Origin: Gammaproteobacteria bacterium
GTDB lineage: Bacteria; Pseudomonadota; Gammaproteobacteria; Natronospirales; JAJUFS01
Assembly: GCA_033720895.1 (NCBI GenBank)
Contig: JAWWBS010000003.1
Span: 3,791-67,790 of the forward strand
Reading direction: 5' to 3'
DNA length: 64,000 bases
Shown here: positions 36,257 through 49,146 of the stretch, in pieces
How the letters are laid out: each line of letters starts with the position of its first letter
Position numbering within the stretch: position 1 is the stretch's first letter
Program-made: the position numbers and the translations under genes
The notes under the pieces: model-generated
The model's input: only the letters and a program-made list of their open reading frames with translations
Told to the model about the DNA's origin: nothing
The model's database searches: none

Positions 36257-36613
36257 TTACTGCAGGCTGGCCTGTGCCTTCTCGACCAGCTTGCTGAAGC
36301 CAGCCTTGTCGAACACGGCGATGTCAGCGAGGGCCTTGCGGTCCAGCTGGACATCGGCCTTCTTCAGACCATTCATGAAGCGGCTGTAGGACATGCCGTT
36401 CACGCGTGCTGCTGCGTTGATGCGCGCAATCCACAGACGGCGGAAAGTACGCTTCTTGTTGCGGCGGTCACGGTAGGCATACTGGCCTGCCTTGATCACT
36501 GCCTGCTTGGCAACACGGAACACCTTGCGGCGTGCGTTGTAATAACCCTTGGCCTTGCGCAGCACCTTGTTGTGGCGCGCCCGGGCAATGGTTCCTCTTT
36601 TTACTCGTGCCAT
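36257..36613 (-). CDS. rplT: 50S ribosomal protein L20
   Basis: 118 aa starting [39 protein letters not shown]. Confidence 0.97.
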   Translation of the reverse strand: MARVKRGTIARARHNKVLRKAKGYYNARRKVFRVAKQAVIKAGQYAYRDRRNKKRTFRRLWIARINAAARVNGMSYSRFMNGLKKADVQLDRKALADIAVFDKAGFSKLVEKAQASLQ

Positions 36614-36628
36614 GGTTCTCTACTCCCC

Positions 36629-36823
36629 TTACGCGTAAGGCAACATCTGCTTGACGGACTTCACATCCTGCTCGGCGATCATTTCGCCGGAACGCAGCTG
36701 ACGTTTCCGCTTGGCAGACTTCTTGGTGAGAATATGACGACGATGCGACTGACCGCGCTTGAAGCCCTTGGCCGTAGCCTTGAAGCGCTTCGCGGCTCCG
36801 CGGTTGGTTTTCAACTTTGGCAT
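36629..36823 (-). CDS. rpmI: 50S ribosomal protein L35
   Basis: 64 aa starting [35 protein letters not shown]. Confidence 0.97.
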   Translation of the reverse strand: MPKLKTNRGAAKRFKATAKGFKRGQSHRRHILTKKSAKRKRQLRSGEMIAEQDVKSVKQMLPYA

Positions 36824-36914
36824 AACAAACTCCGCATTTCGTTATCTTCATCTTCATCCCCGGTCCGCATACGGTGGGCGGATACGAGGCGCTAAATGAT
36901 CAGTTAAAGTCTGA

Positions 36915-37439
36915 TCAGGACTGCTTCTTCTTCGGCGCGAGCATCATCACCATCTGACGACCCTCGAGCTTCGGAAACTGCTCTACCTGCGAGATCTCGG
37001 CGAGATCGTCGCGGATGCGTTCCAGCAACTTGCGACCCAGGTCCTGGTGCAGCATCTCTCGGCCGCGGAAGCGCAAGGTCACTTTCGCCTTGTCGCCCTC
37101 TTCCAGGAATCGGATCAGGTTGCGCAACTTGACCTGGTAATCACCTTCCTCGGTGCCCGGTCGGAATTTCACTTCCTTCAGTTGGGTCTGGACCTGCTTT
37201 TTCTTCGCTGCCTGTGCTTTCTTCTTCTGTTCGAAGAGGTACTTGCCATAGTCCATGATGCGACATACGGGCGGTTCGGCATTCGGTGAAACTTCAACGA
37301 GGTCGAGACCGTCTTCGGCCGCCTTCTCGAGAGCATCGCGGAGCACCATCACTCCAAGCTGTTCCCCTTCGGCATCAATGACACGTACCTGGGACACACG
37401 AATTTCATCGTTGCGTCGTGCACGTTTTTCAGTAGCGAT
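36915..37439 (-). CDS. infC: translation initiation factor IF-3 (non-AUG start)
   Basis: The conserved IF-3 body is present ([20 protein letters not shown]...[12 protein letters not shown]). The ORF-track start at 37397 is an internal GTG. The reading frame stays open back to the thrS stop codon. The ATC at 37437..37439 has GGAGG 8 nt upstream and restores the basic N-terminus [14 protein letters not shown]. Confidence 0.85.
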   Translation of the reverse strand: MATEKRARRNDEIRVSQVRVIDAEGEQLGVMVLRDALEKAAEDGLDLVEVSPNAEPPVCRIMDYGKYLFEQKKKAQAAKKKQVQTQLKEVKFRPGTEEGDYQVKLRNLIRFLEEGDKAKVTLRFRGREMLHQDLGRKLLERIRDDLAEISQVEQFPKLEGRQMVMMLAPKKKQS

Positions 37440-37442
37440 ATT

Positions 37443-39377
37443 TCAGTCCTCCAACTTAGAGCGGCCGCGGCTCGCGATTTCGGTTGCAAGCTTCTCGGCA
37501 AAATCCGAGAGGGGCATCGAGCCCAGATCCTTGCCACCACGCGTGCGCACGGCCACCGTACGATTTTCGACTTCGCGGTCCCCGATCACCACAAGGTACG
37601 GGACCTTCTGCAAAGTATGCTCGCGGATTTTAAAGCCGATCTTCTCGTTTCTCAAGTCACTTTTGGCCCGAACCCCCTGATTTTGCAGGGTTTCCGCGAT
37701 TTCGGTGACAAATTCGTCCTGACGGTCGGTAATACTGAGGACCGCGACCTGCTGCGGAGCCAGCCACAGGGGCAGGTTACCGGCGTGATGCTCGATCAAA
37801 ATACCGATAAATCGCTCCAGCGAGCCCAGAATGGCGCGGTGCAACATGACCGGCACCTGCTTGGAGCCGTCCTCGGCCACGTAGGTGGCGCCGAGGCGCT
37901 GCGGCATGGAGAAATCCAGCTGCAACGTGCCCAGCTGCCAGTGGCGGCCGATGGAATCGCGCAGCACGAACTCGTATTTCGGGCCGTAGAAGGCGCCCTC
38001 GCCCGGCTGTACGTCGTAATCCAGGCCCTGCTTCTTCAGCACGTCCTCAAGCACCTTCTCGGCCTTGTCCCAGATCTCGTCCGAGCCGACACGCTGCTCC
38101 GGACGGGTCGAGAGCTTGACGATCACGTCGCTGAAGCCGAAATCCTCGTACACCGAATTCAGCAGCTCGATGAACGACGCGGCTTCCGACTCGATCTGGT
38201 CCTCGGTGCAGAAGATATGGGCATCGTCCTGGACGAAATTGCGCACCCGCATCAGGCCGTGCAACGTGCCCGAGGGTTCGTTGCGGTGGCAGGAACCGAA
38301 TTCCGCCATCCTGAGCGGCAGGTCGCGATAGCTGTGCAGCTTCTGGTTGTAGATCTGCAGATGGCCCGGGCAGTTCATCGGCTTGACCGCGTACTCGCGG
38401 TTTTCCGAGGCCGTGTAGAACATGTCATCGCCGAACTTGTCCCAGTGACCGGACTTCTCCCACAGGGAGCGGTCCATGATCTGCGGCGTGTTCACTTCCT
38501 GGTAGCCCGCATGCCAGAGACGATTGCGGATGTAATCGCGGATCACCGTGTTGATGGTCCAGCCGTTGTTGTGCCAGAACACCATGCCCGGTGATTCTTC
38601 CTGCGTGTGAAAGAGATCGAGAATCTTCGCGAAGCGGCGATGATCGCGCTTCTCGGCTTCTTCGAGGCGGTGCAGGTATTCCTTCAGCTCGTCCTTTTTC
38701 GCCCAGGCCGTGCCGTAAATTCGCTGCAACATCTCGTTGTTCGAGTCGCCGCGCCAGTAGGCACCCGCCAGCTTCATCAGCTTGAAGGCCTTCAGCTTGC
38801 CGGTACTCGGCACATGCGGGCCACGGCAGAGATCCATCCACGCGTCGTCGCCCTCGCCCTGCTTGTAGATCGAGATTTCCTCGCCTTCCGGCAGGTCGCG
38901 AATGATCTCGGCCTTGTATTTCTCGCCGATCGATTCGAAATGCTTCGCTGCCTCGTCGCGGTCCCAGACTTCGCGGCTGACCGGCAGGTTCCTTTTCGAG
39001 AGCTCCTTCATCTTCTTTTCGATCTTGGCAAGGTCCTCCGGCGTGAAGGACTCGTCACGAGCGAAGTCGTAATAGAAGCCGTTCTCGATCACCGGGCCGA
39101 TGGTGACCTGCGCATCCGGGTACAGCTCCTGCACCGCCTGGGCGAGCAGATGCGCGGTCGAGTGACGGATGACCTCGAGGCCTTCCTCGTCGCGCTCGGT
39201 GATGATGGCAAGTTCCGCATCCTTGTCGATCACATGGGAGGTGTCGACCAGCTCGCCGTCAACCTTGCCGGCCAGCGCGGCTTTCGCCAGGCCAGGACCG
39301 ATATCGGCAGCGACATCATGTACGGAAACGGGATTATCGAAGGAACGGACGGAACCGTCGGGAAGCGTGATATTCAT
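37443..39377 (-). CDS. thrS: threonine--tRNA ligase
   Basis: 644 aa with TGS domain [13 protein letters not shown], editing domain [10 protein letters not shown] and a class II core. Confidence 0.96.
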   Translation of the reverse strand: MNITLPDGSVRSFDNPVSVHDVAADIGPGLAKAALAGKVDGELVDTSHVIDKDAELAIITERDEEGLEVIRHSTAHLLAQAVQELYPDAQVTIGPVIENGFYYDFARDESFTPEDLAKIEKKMKELSKRNLPVSREVWDRDEAAKHFESIGEKYKAEIIRDLPEGEEISIYKQGEGDDAWMDLCRGPHVPSTGKLKAFKLMKLAGAYWRGDSNNEMLQRIYGTAWAKKDELKEYLHRLEEAEKRDHRRFAKILDLFHTQEESPGMVFWHNNGWTINTVIRDYIRNRLWHAGYQEVNTPQIMDRSLWEKSGHWDKFGDDMFYTASENREYAVKPMNCPGHLQIYNQKLHSYRDLPLRMAEFGSCHRNEPSGTLHGLMRVRNFVQDDAHIFCTEDQIESEAASFIELLNSVYEDFGFSDVIVKLSTRPEQRVGSDEIWDKAEKVLEDVLKKQGLDYDVQPGEGAFYGPKYEFVLRDSIGRHWQLGTLQLDFSMPQRLGATYVAEDGSKQVPVMLHRAILGSLERFIGILIEHHAGNLPLWLAPQQVAVLSITDRQDEFVTEIAETLQNQGVRAKSDLRNEKIGFKIREHTLQKVPYLVVIGDREVENRTVAVRTRGGKDLGSMPLSDFAEKLATEIASRGRSKLED

Positions 39378-39512
39378 TGCTGTCTCCTTGGTGGCCGCTA
39401 CGAATCGGCCAGGTTTTACCCGGATCGAAGCCTGTCGATCCGCCTGTATTGCCGACCGTTTTCAACGGCCGGAAACGAACAAGGCACCGTAGACGGTGCC
39501 TTGCTTGAATTC

Positions 39513-39589
39513 TGGTAGGCGCGATTGGATTCGAACCAACGACCCCCACCATGTCAAGGTGGTGCTCTAACCAACTGAGCTACGCGCCT
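39513..39589 (-). tRNA. tRNA-Val (anticodon GAC)
   Basis: A 77-nt cloverleaf folded by hand. Acceptor AGGCGCG/CGCGCCT; D arm GCTC/GAGC; anticodon stem CCACC/GGTGG with loop TT-GAC-AT; T arm GTTGG-TTCGAAT-CCAAT; encoded CCA. A hairpin AAGGCACCG-TCTA-CGGTGCCTT lies 3' of it. Confidence 0.92.
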
Positions 39590-39659
39590 GAAGAGGTTGC
39601 GAACAATACCGGAAGACCCGGGCCTGCGCAAGACTTTCGGGCGCCAAAAAGCCCCCCTG

Positions 39660-41681
<2,022 letters not shown>

Positions 41682-41807
41682 GGTATTCCTGTAAAGAAAC
41701 GGGTTTTGCCGCAACAGAACCGCGGCTGGCGTGGAGAAATCACGCCGGATTTCTTATGATACGCGACCTTGAACAGACATTCGTCACTTCATCAGCCGGA
41801 GCCCCCT

Positions 41808-42986
41808 ATGCTTTCAGATCGCGTCCGCAAGCTCAAACCCTCGCCGACCCTCGCGGTCACCCAGCGTGCTGCCGAATTGCGCGCCGCGGGCAAGGACATC
41901 ATCGGCCTGGGCGCCGGTGAGCCCGATTTCGACACGCCGGAGCACATCAAGCAGGGCGCCATCGATGCGATCAACAAGGGCGAGACGAAATACACGGCTG
42001 TCGACGGTACCGCTCGTCTCAAGGACGCCATCATTGCCAAGCTGAAGCGTGACAACCAGCTCGAGTACAAGCCCGAGCAGGTCCTGGTGTCCTGTGGCGG
42101 CAAGCAGAGCTTTTTCAATCTCTGCCAGGCGATTGTCGATCCAGGTGATGAAATCGTCATTCTGGGGCCTTACTGGGTCTCCTACCCGGCCATGGTCGAG
42201 CTCGCCGGCGGCCAGCCTGTCGTGGTCAACGCCGGTATCGACCAGGACTTCAAGGTCTCGGCCGAGCAGCTGGACGCAGCCATCACGCCGAAGACCAAGG
42301 CCGTGTTCCTGAACAGCCCCTCCAACCCGACCGGCAAGGCCTATTCGCATGCAGAACTGAAGGCCCTCGGCGAAGTGTTGAAGAAACACGAGCACGTTTT
42401 GGTCGCCACCGACGACATGTACGAACCCTTCCTCTGGACCGACGAGCCCTTTGCCAACGTGCTGATGCTCTGCCCGGCGCTGTACGACCGGACCCTGGTC
42501 ATGAACGGCGTCTCCAAGGCCTACTCCATGACCGGCTGGCGCATTGGCTATGCCGCCGGCCCGGCCGAGATCATCAAGGCGATGAAGAAGGTGCAGTCGC
42601 AAAGCACCTCCAACCCGGCGTCCATCTCCCAGGCCGCCGCCGCAACGGCGCTGGAGGGCGACCTGGCCGAAGTGCACAAGATGCGCGATGCCTTCCGCGA
42701 ACGGGCGGACTTCGTGATTGCCGAGCTGAACAAGATCAAGGGCCTGCGCGCGCTGCCCTCTGACGGCACCTTCTACTCCTTCCCGCACTGCGAGGAGGCG
42801 ATCAAGGAACTGGGACTGGCGGATGACGTCCAGTTTGCCGAACACCTGTTGAACGAGGCGGGTGTGGCAGTGGTCCCGGGCTCGGCCTTTGGCGCGCCGG
42901 GCTATTTCCGCCTGAGCTACGCGACCAGCCAGGAGAACCTCGAAAAAGCCATGCAGCGAATCGGCGATTTGCTGGGACGGGAATAA
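41808..42986 (+). CDS. class I pyridoxal-phosphate-dependent aminotransferase (aspartate aminotransferase-like)
   Basis: The ATG at 41808 has GGAG 7 nt upstream. The sequence begins MLSDRVRKLKPSPTLAV and contains LNSPSNPTG and SKAYSMTGWRIGY (PLP lysine). Confidence 0.88.
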   Translation: MLSDRVRKLKPSPTLAVTQRAAELRAAGKDIIGLGAGEPDFDTPEHIKQGAIDAINKGETKYTAVDGTARLKDAIIAKLKRDNQLEYKPEQVLVSCGGKQSFFNLCQAIVDPGDEIVILGPYWVSYPAMVELAGGQPVVVNAGIDQDFKVSAEQLDAAITPKTKAVFLNSPSNPTGKAYSHAELKALGEVLKKHEHVLVATDDMYEPFLWTDEPFANVLMLCPALYDRTLVMNGVSKAYSMTGWRIGYAAGPAEIIKAMKKVQSQSTSNPASISQAAAATALEGDLAEVHKMRDAFRERADFVIAELNKIKGLRALPSDGTFYSFPHCEEAIKELGLADDVQFAEHLLNEAGVAVVPGSAFGAPGYFRLSYATSQENLEKAMQRIGDLLGRE

Positions 42987-43020
42987 TTGCGGCAGACAGC
43001 AAAAGAGCGCCAACAGGCGG

Positions 43021-43049
43021 TTGACGGCTCAGGGGCGAGCCACTAGTAT
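43021..43049 (+). promoter_or_regulatory. putative sigma70 promoter of tRNA-Asn
   Basis: TTGACG (43021) is followed by a 17-nt spacer and TAGTAT (43044), then a GC-rich discriminator CCGCCCTCGC. It lies about 25 nt upstream of the tRNA 5' end. Confidence 0.4.
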
Positions 43050-43055
43050 ACCGCC

Positions 43056-43088
43056 CTCGCAAACGAGCTCTTTTCCCCTGTAGCTCAG
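43056..43088 (+). terminator. rho-independent terminator after tRNA-Asn (A/T-flanked on both sides, possibly bidirectional)
   Basis: NOTE: these coordinates are mis-stated. The true position is 43156..43188, as counted from line 43141. Sequence: AAAAGGCCGACTTC-TTTG-GAAGTCGGCCTTTTTT. Confidence 0.3.
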
Positions 43089-43149
43089 TTGGTAGAGCAG
43101 CTGACTGTTAATCAGCGGGTCCCTGGTTCGAGTCCGGGCGGGGGAGCCA
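43074..43149 (+). tRNA. tRNA-Asn (anticodon GTT)
   Basis: A 76-nt cloverleaf folded by hand. Acceptor TCCCCTG/CGGGGGA; D arm GCTC/GAGC; anticodon stem GCTGA/TCAGC with loop CT-GTT-AA; T arm CCTGG-TTCGAGT-CCGGG; encoded CCA. Confidence 0.93.
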
Positions 43150-43155
43150 GATGCG

Positions 43156-43188
43156 AAAAGGCCGACTTCTTTGAAGTCGGCCTTTTTT
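43156..43188 (+). terminator. rho-independent terminator after tRNA-Asn (A/T-flanked on both sides, possibly bidirectional)
   Basis: A 10-bp GC-rich stem GGCCGACTTC/GAAGTCGGCC is flanked by AAAA on the left and TTTTTT on the right. It begins 7 nt after the tRNA CCA end. Confidence 0.7.
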
Positions 43189-43231
43189 GTGGTCGAGGGC
43201 AGCCCTTGTCGCCGGCCTGCAGACCAACAGG

Positions 43232-44113
43232 CTAGAGCGTCCTGCTGAATTCCCTGAGATAGGCAGCAAACTCGCCCTTCAAGTCCGGATGTTGCAGGGC
43301 CAGCTCCACCGTCGCTTCCAGGTAGCCGAGCTTGGATCCGCAGTCGTAACGTTTTCCCTCGAATTCGCACGCCCAGGCCTTTTCCTTGCCGAGCAGCTGC
43401 TGGATGGCATCCGTCAGCTGGATCTCGTCACCGACACCGCGCGGCGTATTGCGCAGTGATTCGAATATGCCCGGCGTGAGAATGTAGCGACCGACTATGC
43501 CCAGCTTTGACGGCGCTGCCTGCGGTTCCGGCTTCTCGACCAGGCCACTGACTTCCACCTTGCCATCGACCAGTTCACCCACGGGCTCGATCACACCGTA
43601 TTTGCGGGTGTCCTCGGATTTGATCTGCTGCACCCCGAGCACGCTGCAGCCCGTCTGCCGATAGACCTCGGACATCTGCTGCAGGCAGTTGCTGCCAGAC
43701 GTGTTGATGAGATCATCGGCCAGCAACACGAAGAACGGTTCATCGCCAACGACCGGCTCGGCGCAAAGCACGGCATGCCCGAGGCCCAGCGCATGCGGCT
43801 GGCGAATGAAACTGCAGGTCACATGCTCCGGCACGACATTGCGGACCAGGTCCAGCATTTCCTGCTTGCCGCGGGCTTCCAGCTCGGTCTCGAGCTCGTA
43901 AGCCCGGTCGAAATGATCGGCAATGGGCCGCTTGGTGCGACCGGTGATGAACACCAGTATCTCGGCGCCCGCTGCAACGGCTTCTTCAGCCGCGTACTGC
44001 ACCAGCGGCTTGTCCACGATCGGCAGCATTTCCTTGGGAGAAACCTTGGTCGCCGGCAGGAATCGGGTACCCAGGCCCGCGACCGGCAGAACGGCTTTGC
44101 GAATCGGCTTCAT
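43232..44113 (-). CDS. galU: UTP--glucose-1-phosphate uridylyltransferase
   Basis: The ATG at 44113 gives MKPIRKAVLPVAGLGTRFLPATKVSPKEMLPIVDKPLVQY, the GalU signature. The ORF track extends 35 codons further upstream. Confidence 0.93.
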   Translation of the reverse strand: MKPIRKAVLPVAGLGTRFLPATKVSPKEMLPIVDKPLVQYAAEEAVAAGAEILVFITGRTKRPIADHFDRAYELETELEARGKQEMLDLVRNVVPEHVTCSFIRQPHALGLGHAVLCAEPVVGDEPFFVLLADDLINTSGSNCLQQMSEVYRQTGCSVLGVQQIKSEDTRKYGVIEPVGELVDGKVEVSGLVEKPEPQAAPSKLGIVGRYILTPGIFESLRNTPRGVGDEIQLTDAIQQLLGKEKAWACEFEGKRYDCGSKLGYLEATVELALQHPDLKGEFAAYLREFSRTL

Positions 44114-44232
44114 GTCATGACTTCGCGTTGAGAATCTGGCGAGGAGTATAACGAATGCAGCTGTCCGCTGTGGCTGAAAGGCAAAGGAAAGCCGGGGAAA
44201 ATTCCCCGGCTGTTGCACGACTGGGCGATGAC

Positions 44233-44496
44233 CTACCTGGAGATCAGGATGTTTTCCCGGTTCTTGTCGACCAGTGCCTTGCCGATGCCTTTTACCAGGG
44301 TGAGCTCGTCGGCCGAGTTGAAGGGTCCATGTGCTTCGCGGTACGCGACGATGGCTTCGGCCTTCACATCGCCGACCCCGACAAGCGCCTCGGCCAGCTC
44401 GGCAGCAGACGCAGTGTTGATATCAACCTCGCCGGCCATCGCCAGCGGCGCAAAGGCCAGCATGATCAGCAGCGTGATGCGTTTTATCAGGTTCAT
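44233..44496 (-). CDS. comEA: ComEA-family helix-hairpin-helix DNA-binding protein (periplasmic)
   Basis: 87 aa with a signal peptide and INTASAAELAEALVGVGDVKAEAIVAYREAHGPFNSADELTLVKGIG. Confidence 0.8.
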   Translation of the reverse strand: MNLIKRITLLIMLAFAPLAMAGEVDINTASAAELAEALVGVGDVKAEAIVAYREAHGPFNSADELTLVKGIGKALVDKNRENILISR

Positions 44497-44611
44497 GTTA
44501 TTTCCTTTCCTTGGATTGTTACGGGCCAGGCCCGGCGGATCGGTTGATCCACCGGCAAAGGAATACCAGAAAAACGGGAAATAATTCCGGACTCTGGGAA
44601 AGATCAGGCTG

Positions 44612-45796
44612 TCAGCTGGCGGAAACGTTCAGCTCGAGCCGCGGTCTCAGGGTTTCCCATGAGCGACAGCTCGGGCATTGCCAATAGAGGACGGAGCCGG
44701 AGTAGCCACAATTGTCGCAGCTGTATTGCAAGGAATCACCGCGCCATTCGCGTAGCAATTGCCGGATGAGGTTCTGCTCCTGGATATCCGCTGCCGTCTT
44801 CGACAGCTTCACGAAGCGTTTGACGGCCTCACGCACCCCTTCGAGACCCGGCGCCTCGGCCAGGAAGGTCTCCACTACCCGATCGAGCGCAGCCGAATGA
44901 ATTCCCTTGAGACGCAATGCCGCCAGGGCGATGGCGCGCCGAGCTTCGGGGCTGCTGCGACTGACCGAATCCACCAGGGACTCGAACTGGTCGAGCTTGT
45001 TCTGGTGCTGCAGCACGGCATGGATGGCGGCAAGCTGCGTCGACGCCTGTGCCGGATCGGCCTCCAGCGCCCGCTTGTAATGGCGGATGGCATGGCGCCA
45101 TTTCTGCTCCTTCTCGGCCAGCTGGGCGCTGAGCAACTGGACCCGGACGTTGCCGCGGTCGAAGGCGCCTGCCTTGCGCAGGAACCGCGCGGTACTGTTG
45201 AAATCGGCCTTCTGCAAGGCAAGCTCGGCCAGTTCGCAGTAATAATGTGCGATTTCATGACTGCGGTAGCTGCCATTTCGGCTTTCAAGATCCCGCGCGA
45301 CCTGGATGGCGCGATCCCAATCCTTCTGTTGCTCGTAGATGACCAGCAATTTCTGCAGGGCCTCGGGACCCTGTTGGCGATCGCGGGTCAGCTCGGCAAA
45401 CAGGCTCTCGGCGCGATCCAGCAGGCCGGCCTTCATGTAATCATCGCCCAGCGCTGCCAGTGCCTGGGTGCGATGACGGCGCGACAGGTTCGGCCTGGCA
45501 ATCAGGTTCTGGTGGATCCGGATGGCGCGGTCGACCTCGCCCCTTCGCCGGAACAGGCTGCCCAGCGTGAAGTGCGTTTCGATAGTGTCGGAGTCCAGCT
45601 CTGCCATGCGAATGAACACGTCCAGCGCATCGTCCGGACGCTCGTTCAGCAGATAATTCAGGCCCTTGAAGTAGTCTCGGTTGATCCCGCCCGAGCCTGT
45701 TTCGACACGCCGCGTACGACGACGGCCCAGCCACCAGCCAGCCAGCATCGCGACCAGCAGCAGGGCGGCAACCAGGATTAGATTCTCGAGTGGCAT
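44612..45796 (-). CDS. lapB: lipopolysaccharide assembly protein B (TPR plus rubredoxin-like Zn finger)
   Basis: 394 aa with an N-terminal TM segment, TPR repeats, and the C-terminal CDNCGYSGSVLYWQCPSCRSW. It follows lapA. Confidence 0.9.
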   Translation of the reverse strand: MPLENLILVAALLLVAMLAGWWLGRRRTRRVETGSGGINRDYFKGLNYLLNERPDDALDVFIRMAELDSDTIETHFTLGSLFRRRGEVDRAIRIHQNLIARPNLSRRHRTQALAALGDDYMKAGLLDRAESLFAELTRDRQQGPEALQKLLVIYEQQKDWDRAIQVARDLESRNGSYRSHEIAHYYCELAELALQKADFNSTARFLRKAGAFDRGNVRVQLLSAQLAEKEQKWRHAIRHYKRALEADPAQASTQLAAIHAVLQHQNKLDQFESLVDSVSRSSPEARRAIALAALRLKGIHSAALDRVVETFLAEAPGLEGVREAVKRFVKLSKTAADIQEQNLIRQLLREWRGDSLQYSCDNCGYSGSVLYWQCPSCRSWETLRPRLELNVSAS

Positions 45797-45812
45797 GACT
45801 TGCCCTGTCGCG

Positions 45813-46106
45813 TCAGCTGTTCCGGAGCGGCAGGCTGCGCAGGTTCTTCAGCTCGGCCTCCATCGCCCGGCGCTCCTTGCGCATGCGCCGCACCTCGCCG
45901 CGGGCACGGAAAATGGCAATCACCATGACCAGCAAGCCAAGGACAAAACCGCTGGACAGGGCCAGCAACAGCACCCAGGGCAAGGGCATGGTGGTGGTAC
46001 CCAAGAGGTAATCGATATCCACCGGCGTGGCATTCAGGGCCGCGAAACCGACCACGATGGCGATCAGCAACAACAGCAATAAGGCGGTAATCAGGTACTT
46101 AGGCAT
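45813..46106 (-). CDS. lapA: lipopolysaccharide assembly protein A
   Basis: 97 aa with two TM helices and a basic, probably helical tail. It lies between ihfB and lapB. Confidence 0.8.
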   Translation of the reverse strand: MPKYLITALLLLLLIAIVVGFAALNATPVDIDYLLGTTTMPLPWVLLLALSSGFVLGLLVMVIAIFRARGEVRRMRKERRAMEAELKNLRSLPLRNS

Positions 46107-46137
46107 GGGGTCTCACGTCTGCTCCAAGGTGCAGAGA

Positions 46138-46470
46138 TCAATCCTGACCGCTGGCCTGGCGGGCATCGGCAGCATCCAGTTCGCGCTGGAAGCCTTCATT
46201 GACCCGCTCGCGGAGGTCCTTGCCAGGCTTGAAATGTGGCACGTACTTGCCCGACAGCGCGACCGCCTCACCGGTCTTGGGGTTGCGCCCCATGCGCGGT
46301 GGCCGGAAATGCAGCGAAAAGCTGCCGAAGCCGCGGATTTCAATCCTGCGCCCATCAGCCAGTGAATTGCTCATCTGCTCGAGCATTGATTTCACAGCCA
46401 ATTCGACGTCCTTGGCCGGCAGGTGCGACTGCTTGCGGGCCAGGATTTCGATGAGTTCGGACTTTGTCAT
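46138..46470 (-). CDS. ihfB: integration host factor subunit beta
   Basis: The ATG at 46470 gives [33 protein letters not shown], with [22 protein letters not shown]. The ORF track extends 33 codons further upstream. Confidence 0.93.
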   Translation of the reverse strand: MTKSELIEILARKQSHLPAKDVELAVKSMLEQMSNSLADGRRIEIRGFGSFSLHFRPPRMGRNPKTGEAVALSGKYVPHFKPGKDLRERVNEGFQRELDAADARQASGQD

Positions 46471-46594
46471 TATTATGGTTCCTGCCAGATTTTTCTTTGC
46501 GAATTGGGCACTTACGCAAAGTAAATCAGAAAAAAGGCGACTGTTCCAGTAGAACAGCCGCCTTTTCAACGACTTAAGCCAATTTTCAGCCTTT

Positions 46595-48265
46595 TCAGTC
46601 CTTGTTCATCTGCTCCTTGAGCAGATCACCCAGGCTGGTACCGGCAGATTCGTCGGCCTTGGCGTAGTTCGCCACGGCCTGCTGCTCTTCCTGGTACTCC
46701 TTGGCCTTGATGGACAGGCTGATGGAGCGATTCTTGCGATCCACACCGATGATGCGGGACTCGACTTCCTCGCCTTCCTTGAGGACCTTGGAGGCGTCTT
46801 CGACGCGCTCGCGGGCCAGCTCGGAAGCACGCAGGTAGCCTTCGATGCCGTTGCCGAGATCGATGCGGGCGCCCTTGGCGTCCACTTCCAGCACCGGACC
46901 GGTGACCAGCGAACCCTTCGGGTGCTCGCCCAGGAACAGGGAGAACGGATCCTGGTCCAGCTGCTTCACGCCGAGAGAAATGCGCTCACGCTCCGGATCG
47001 ACCGACAGTACGACCGCTTCCACTTCGTCGCCCTTCTTGAAGTTGCGCACGGCTTCGTCGCCGACCGCATCCCAGGCGATGTCCGAGAGGTGAACCAGGC
47101 CGTCGATGCCGCCGTCGAGGCCGACAAAGATGCCGAAATCGGTGATCGACTTGATCTTGCCCGAAATCTTGTCGCCCTTGCCGTGGGTCGCAGCAAACTC
47201 GTCCCAGGGGTTCGGCACGCACTGCTTCATGCCAAGGCTGATGCGGCGACGTTCTTCGTCGATATCCAGCACCATGACTTCGACTTCGTCGCCAATCTGG
47301 ACGACCTTGCCCGGGTTGACGTTCTTGTTGGTCCAGTCCATTTCGGAGACGTGCACCAGGCCCTCGACGCCTTCTTCGATCTCGACGAAGGAACCGTAGT
47401 CGGCCAGGTTGGTGACGCGGCCGAACATGCGGGCACCCACCGGGTAACGGCGAGCGATGCTTTCCCAGGGATCGTCACCCAGCTGCTTGAGGCCGAGCGA
47501 CACGCGATTGCGCTCGCGATCGAACTTCAGCACCTTGACGTCGATCTCGTCGCCGACATTGACGACTTCGGACGGATGCTTGACGCGCTTCCACGCCATG
47601 TCGGTGATGTGCAGCAGGCCGTCGATGCCGCCGAGGTCGACGAACGCACCGTAATCGGTGAGGTTCTTGACGATACCCTTGACGACGATGCCTTCCTGCA
47701 GCTTCTCGAGCAGCTTCTCGCGCTCTTCGCTGTACTCCTCTTCCACGACGGCGCGACGCGAAACCACCACGTTGTTGCGCTTGCGGTCGAGCTTGATGAC
47801 CTTGAATTCGAGTTCCTTGCCTTCCAGGTAGGCGGTGTCGCGCACCGGACGGACATCGACCAGCGAGCCCGGCAGGAATGCACGGACTTCGTCGATATCG
47901 ACGGTGAAACCACCCTTGACCTTGCCGGAGATGTAGCCCTTGACGATCTCGCCGGCGTCAAACGCCTCTTCGAGACGGTTCCAGCTACGAGCACGGACCG
48001 CTTTTTCGCGCGACAGGCGCGTTTCGCCAAAGCCGTCTTCAACCGCGTCCAGCGCGACCTCGATGTCGTCACCTTCCTTGACCGACAGTTCACCGTTTTC
48101 GGTCTGGAACTGTTCGATGGGAATGACACCTTCGGACTTCAGGCCGGCGTTGACGATGACGACGTCACCGCGGATTTCCACGACCTGCGCGTTCAGCAGT
48201 GCACCAGGCTTCAGGGTTTCCTGGTTAAGGCTTTGTTCGAGAAGTTCAGCAAATGATTCAGACAT
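46595..48265 (-). CDS. rpsA: 30S ribosomal protein S1
   Basis: The ATG at 48265 gives [13 protein letters not shown], followed by six S1 repeats. The ORF track extends 29 codons further upstream. Confidence 0.96.
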   Translation of the reverse strand: MSESFAELLEQSLNQETLKPGALLNAQVVEIRGDVVIVNAGLKSEGVIPIEQFQTENGELSVKEGDDIEVALDAVEDGFGETRLSREKAVRARSWNRLEEAFDAGEIVKGYISGKVKGGFTVDIDEVRAFLPGSLVDVRPVRDTAYLEGKELEFKVIKLDRKRNNVVVSRRAVVEEEYSEEREKLLEKLQEGIVVKGIVKNLTDYGAFVDLGGIDGLLHITDMAWKRVKHPSEVVNVGDEIDVKVLKFDRERNRVSLGLKQLGDDPWESIARRYPVGARMFGRVTNLADYGSFVEIEEGVEGLVHVSEMDWTNKNVNPGKVVQIGDEVEVMVLDIDEERRRISLGMKQCVPNPWDEFAATHGKGDKISGKIKSITDFGIFVGLDGGIDGLVHLSDIAWDAVGDEAVRNFKKGDEVEAVVLSVDPERERISLGVKQLDQDPFSLFLGEHPKGSLVTGPVLEVDAKGARIDLGNGIEGYLRASELARERVEDASKVLKEGEEVESRIIGVDRKNRSISLSIKAKEYQEEQQAVANYAKADESAGTSLGDLLKEQMNKD

Positions 48266-48444
48266 TAGATGTTTACCTATGCCCCCGTGGGGCGTTTCAT
48301 TGCCGCGACAACCATCCTGGTGTCCCGGGTTGCTTAAAAAAAATGGGCCCATGCATCCTGCACGGTGCCCGCTTCGTTAGCGCCCGCTTCGGTCTTGCGA
48401 CGTCGGCGAACGGTCTATCGAACTGGCTGGCCGGAAACCCTTCT

Positions 48445-49146
48445 TCAGTCCAGTTCCGGGAAACGTTCCCGGACGGTTTCCAGCACCTGTGTCAGCACCG
48501 CTGCAATGCCGGCATCGCTGGTGTCGATCTCGATGGCATCGTCAGCGGGCCGCAGCGGCGACACTTTCCTGGAGGCATCCCGCGCGTCGCGCTCGGAAAT
48601 CTCCCGGAAAAGGTCGGCGATATTAGCAGCAATTCCCTTTTCCCTCAACTGCTTATGGCGTCTTTCCGCCCTTTCCTCGGCACTCGCCGTCAGGAAGAAT
48701 TTCAGGCCTGCATCGGGAAAGATCACGGTGCCCATGTCACGGCCATCCGCCACCAGTCCAGGCGGCTGGCGGAAGTCCTTTTGCAGCCCGACCAGCGCCT
48801 CGCGAACCGTCGGCATGACAGCAACCTTGGACGCCTTGTTGCCGGTCGTCTCGGCCCTGACTTCAGCCGTAACTTCTTCATTATCAAGGAAAATTCTCTC
48901 GCCACCGGCCTCAGTGACCGTAAAGCGGATATCGAGTTCCGGCACCAGCGCGGCGATCGCTGCCTCGTCTTCCACGCCTCGGCGCTCGGCCGCCATCGCC
49001 ACCAGGCGGTACAGGGCGCCTGAATCCAGGAAGTCGAAACCGAGCTCGTCGGCGAGCAAGCGGCTGATGGTGCCCTTGCCGGAGCCGCTGGGCCCGTCAA
49101 TGGTGATGACCATCGCTTGATCATTGTTTTTTTCATTAACCGTCAT
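48445..49146 (-). CDS. cmk: cytidylate kinase
   Basis: P-loop ITIDGPSGSGKGTISRLLA. The start overlaps the aroA stop as ATGA. An alternative start is at 49113. Confidence 0.92.
   Translation of the reverse strand: MTVNEKNNDQAMVITIDGPSGSGKGTISRLLADELGFDFLDSGALYRLVAMAAERRGVEDEAAIAALVPELDIRFTVTEAGGERIFLDNEEVTAEVRAETTGNKASKVAVMPTVREALVGLQKDFRQPPGLVADGRDMGTVIFPDAGLKFFLTASAEERAERRHKQLREKGIAANIADLFREISERDARDASRKVSPLRPADDAIEIDTSDAGIAAVLTQVLETVRERFPELD

Noticed and set aside
43056-43088. First coordinate estimate for the tRNA-Asn terminator
   Set aside because: This was an arithmetic slip of 100 nt while counting. The hairpin is at 43156..43188. The mis-placed feature entry is flagged in its evidence field and should be ignored.
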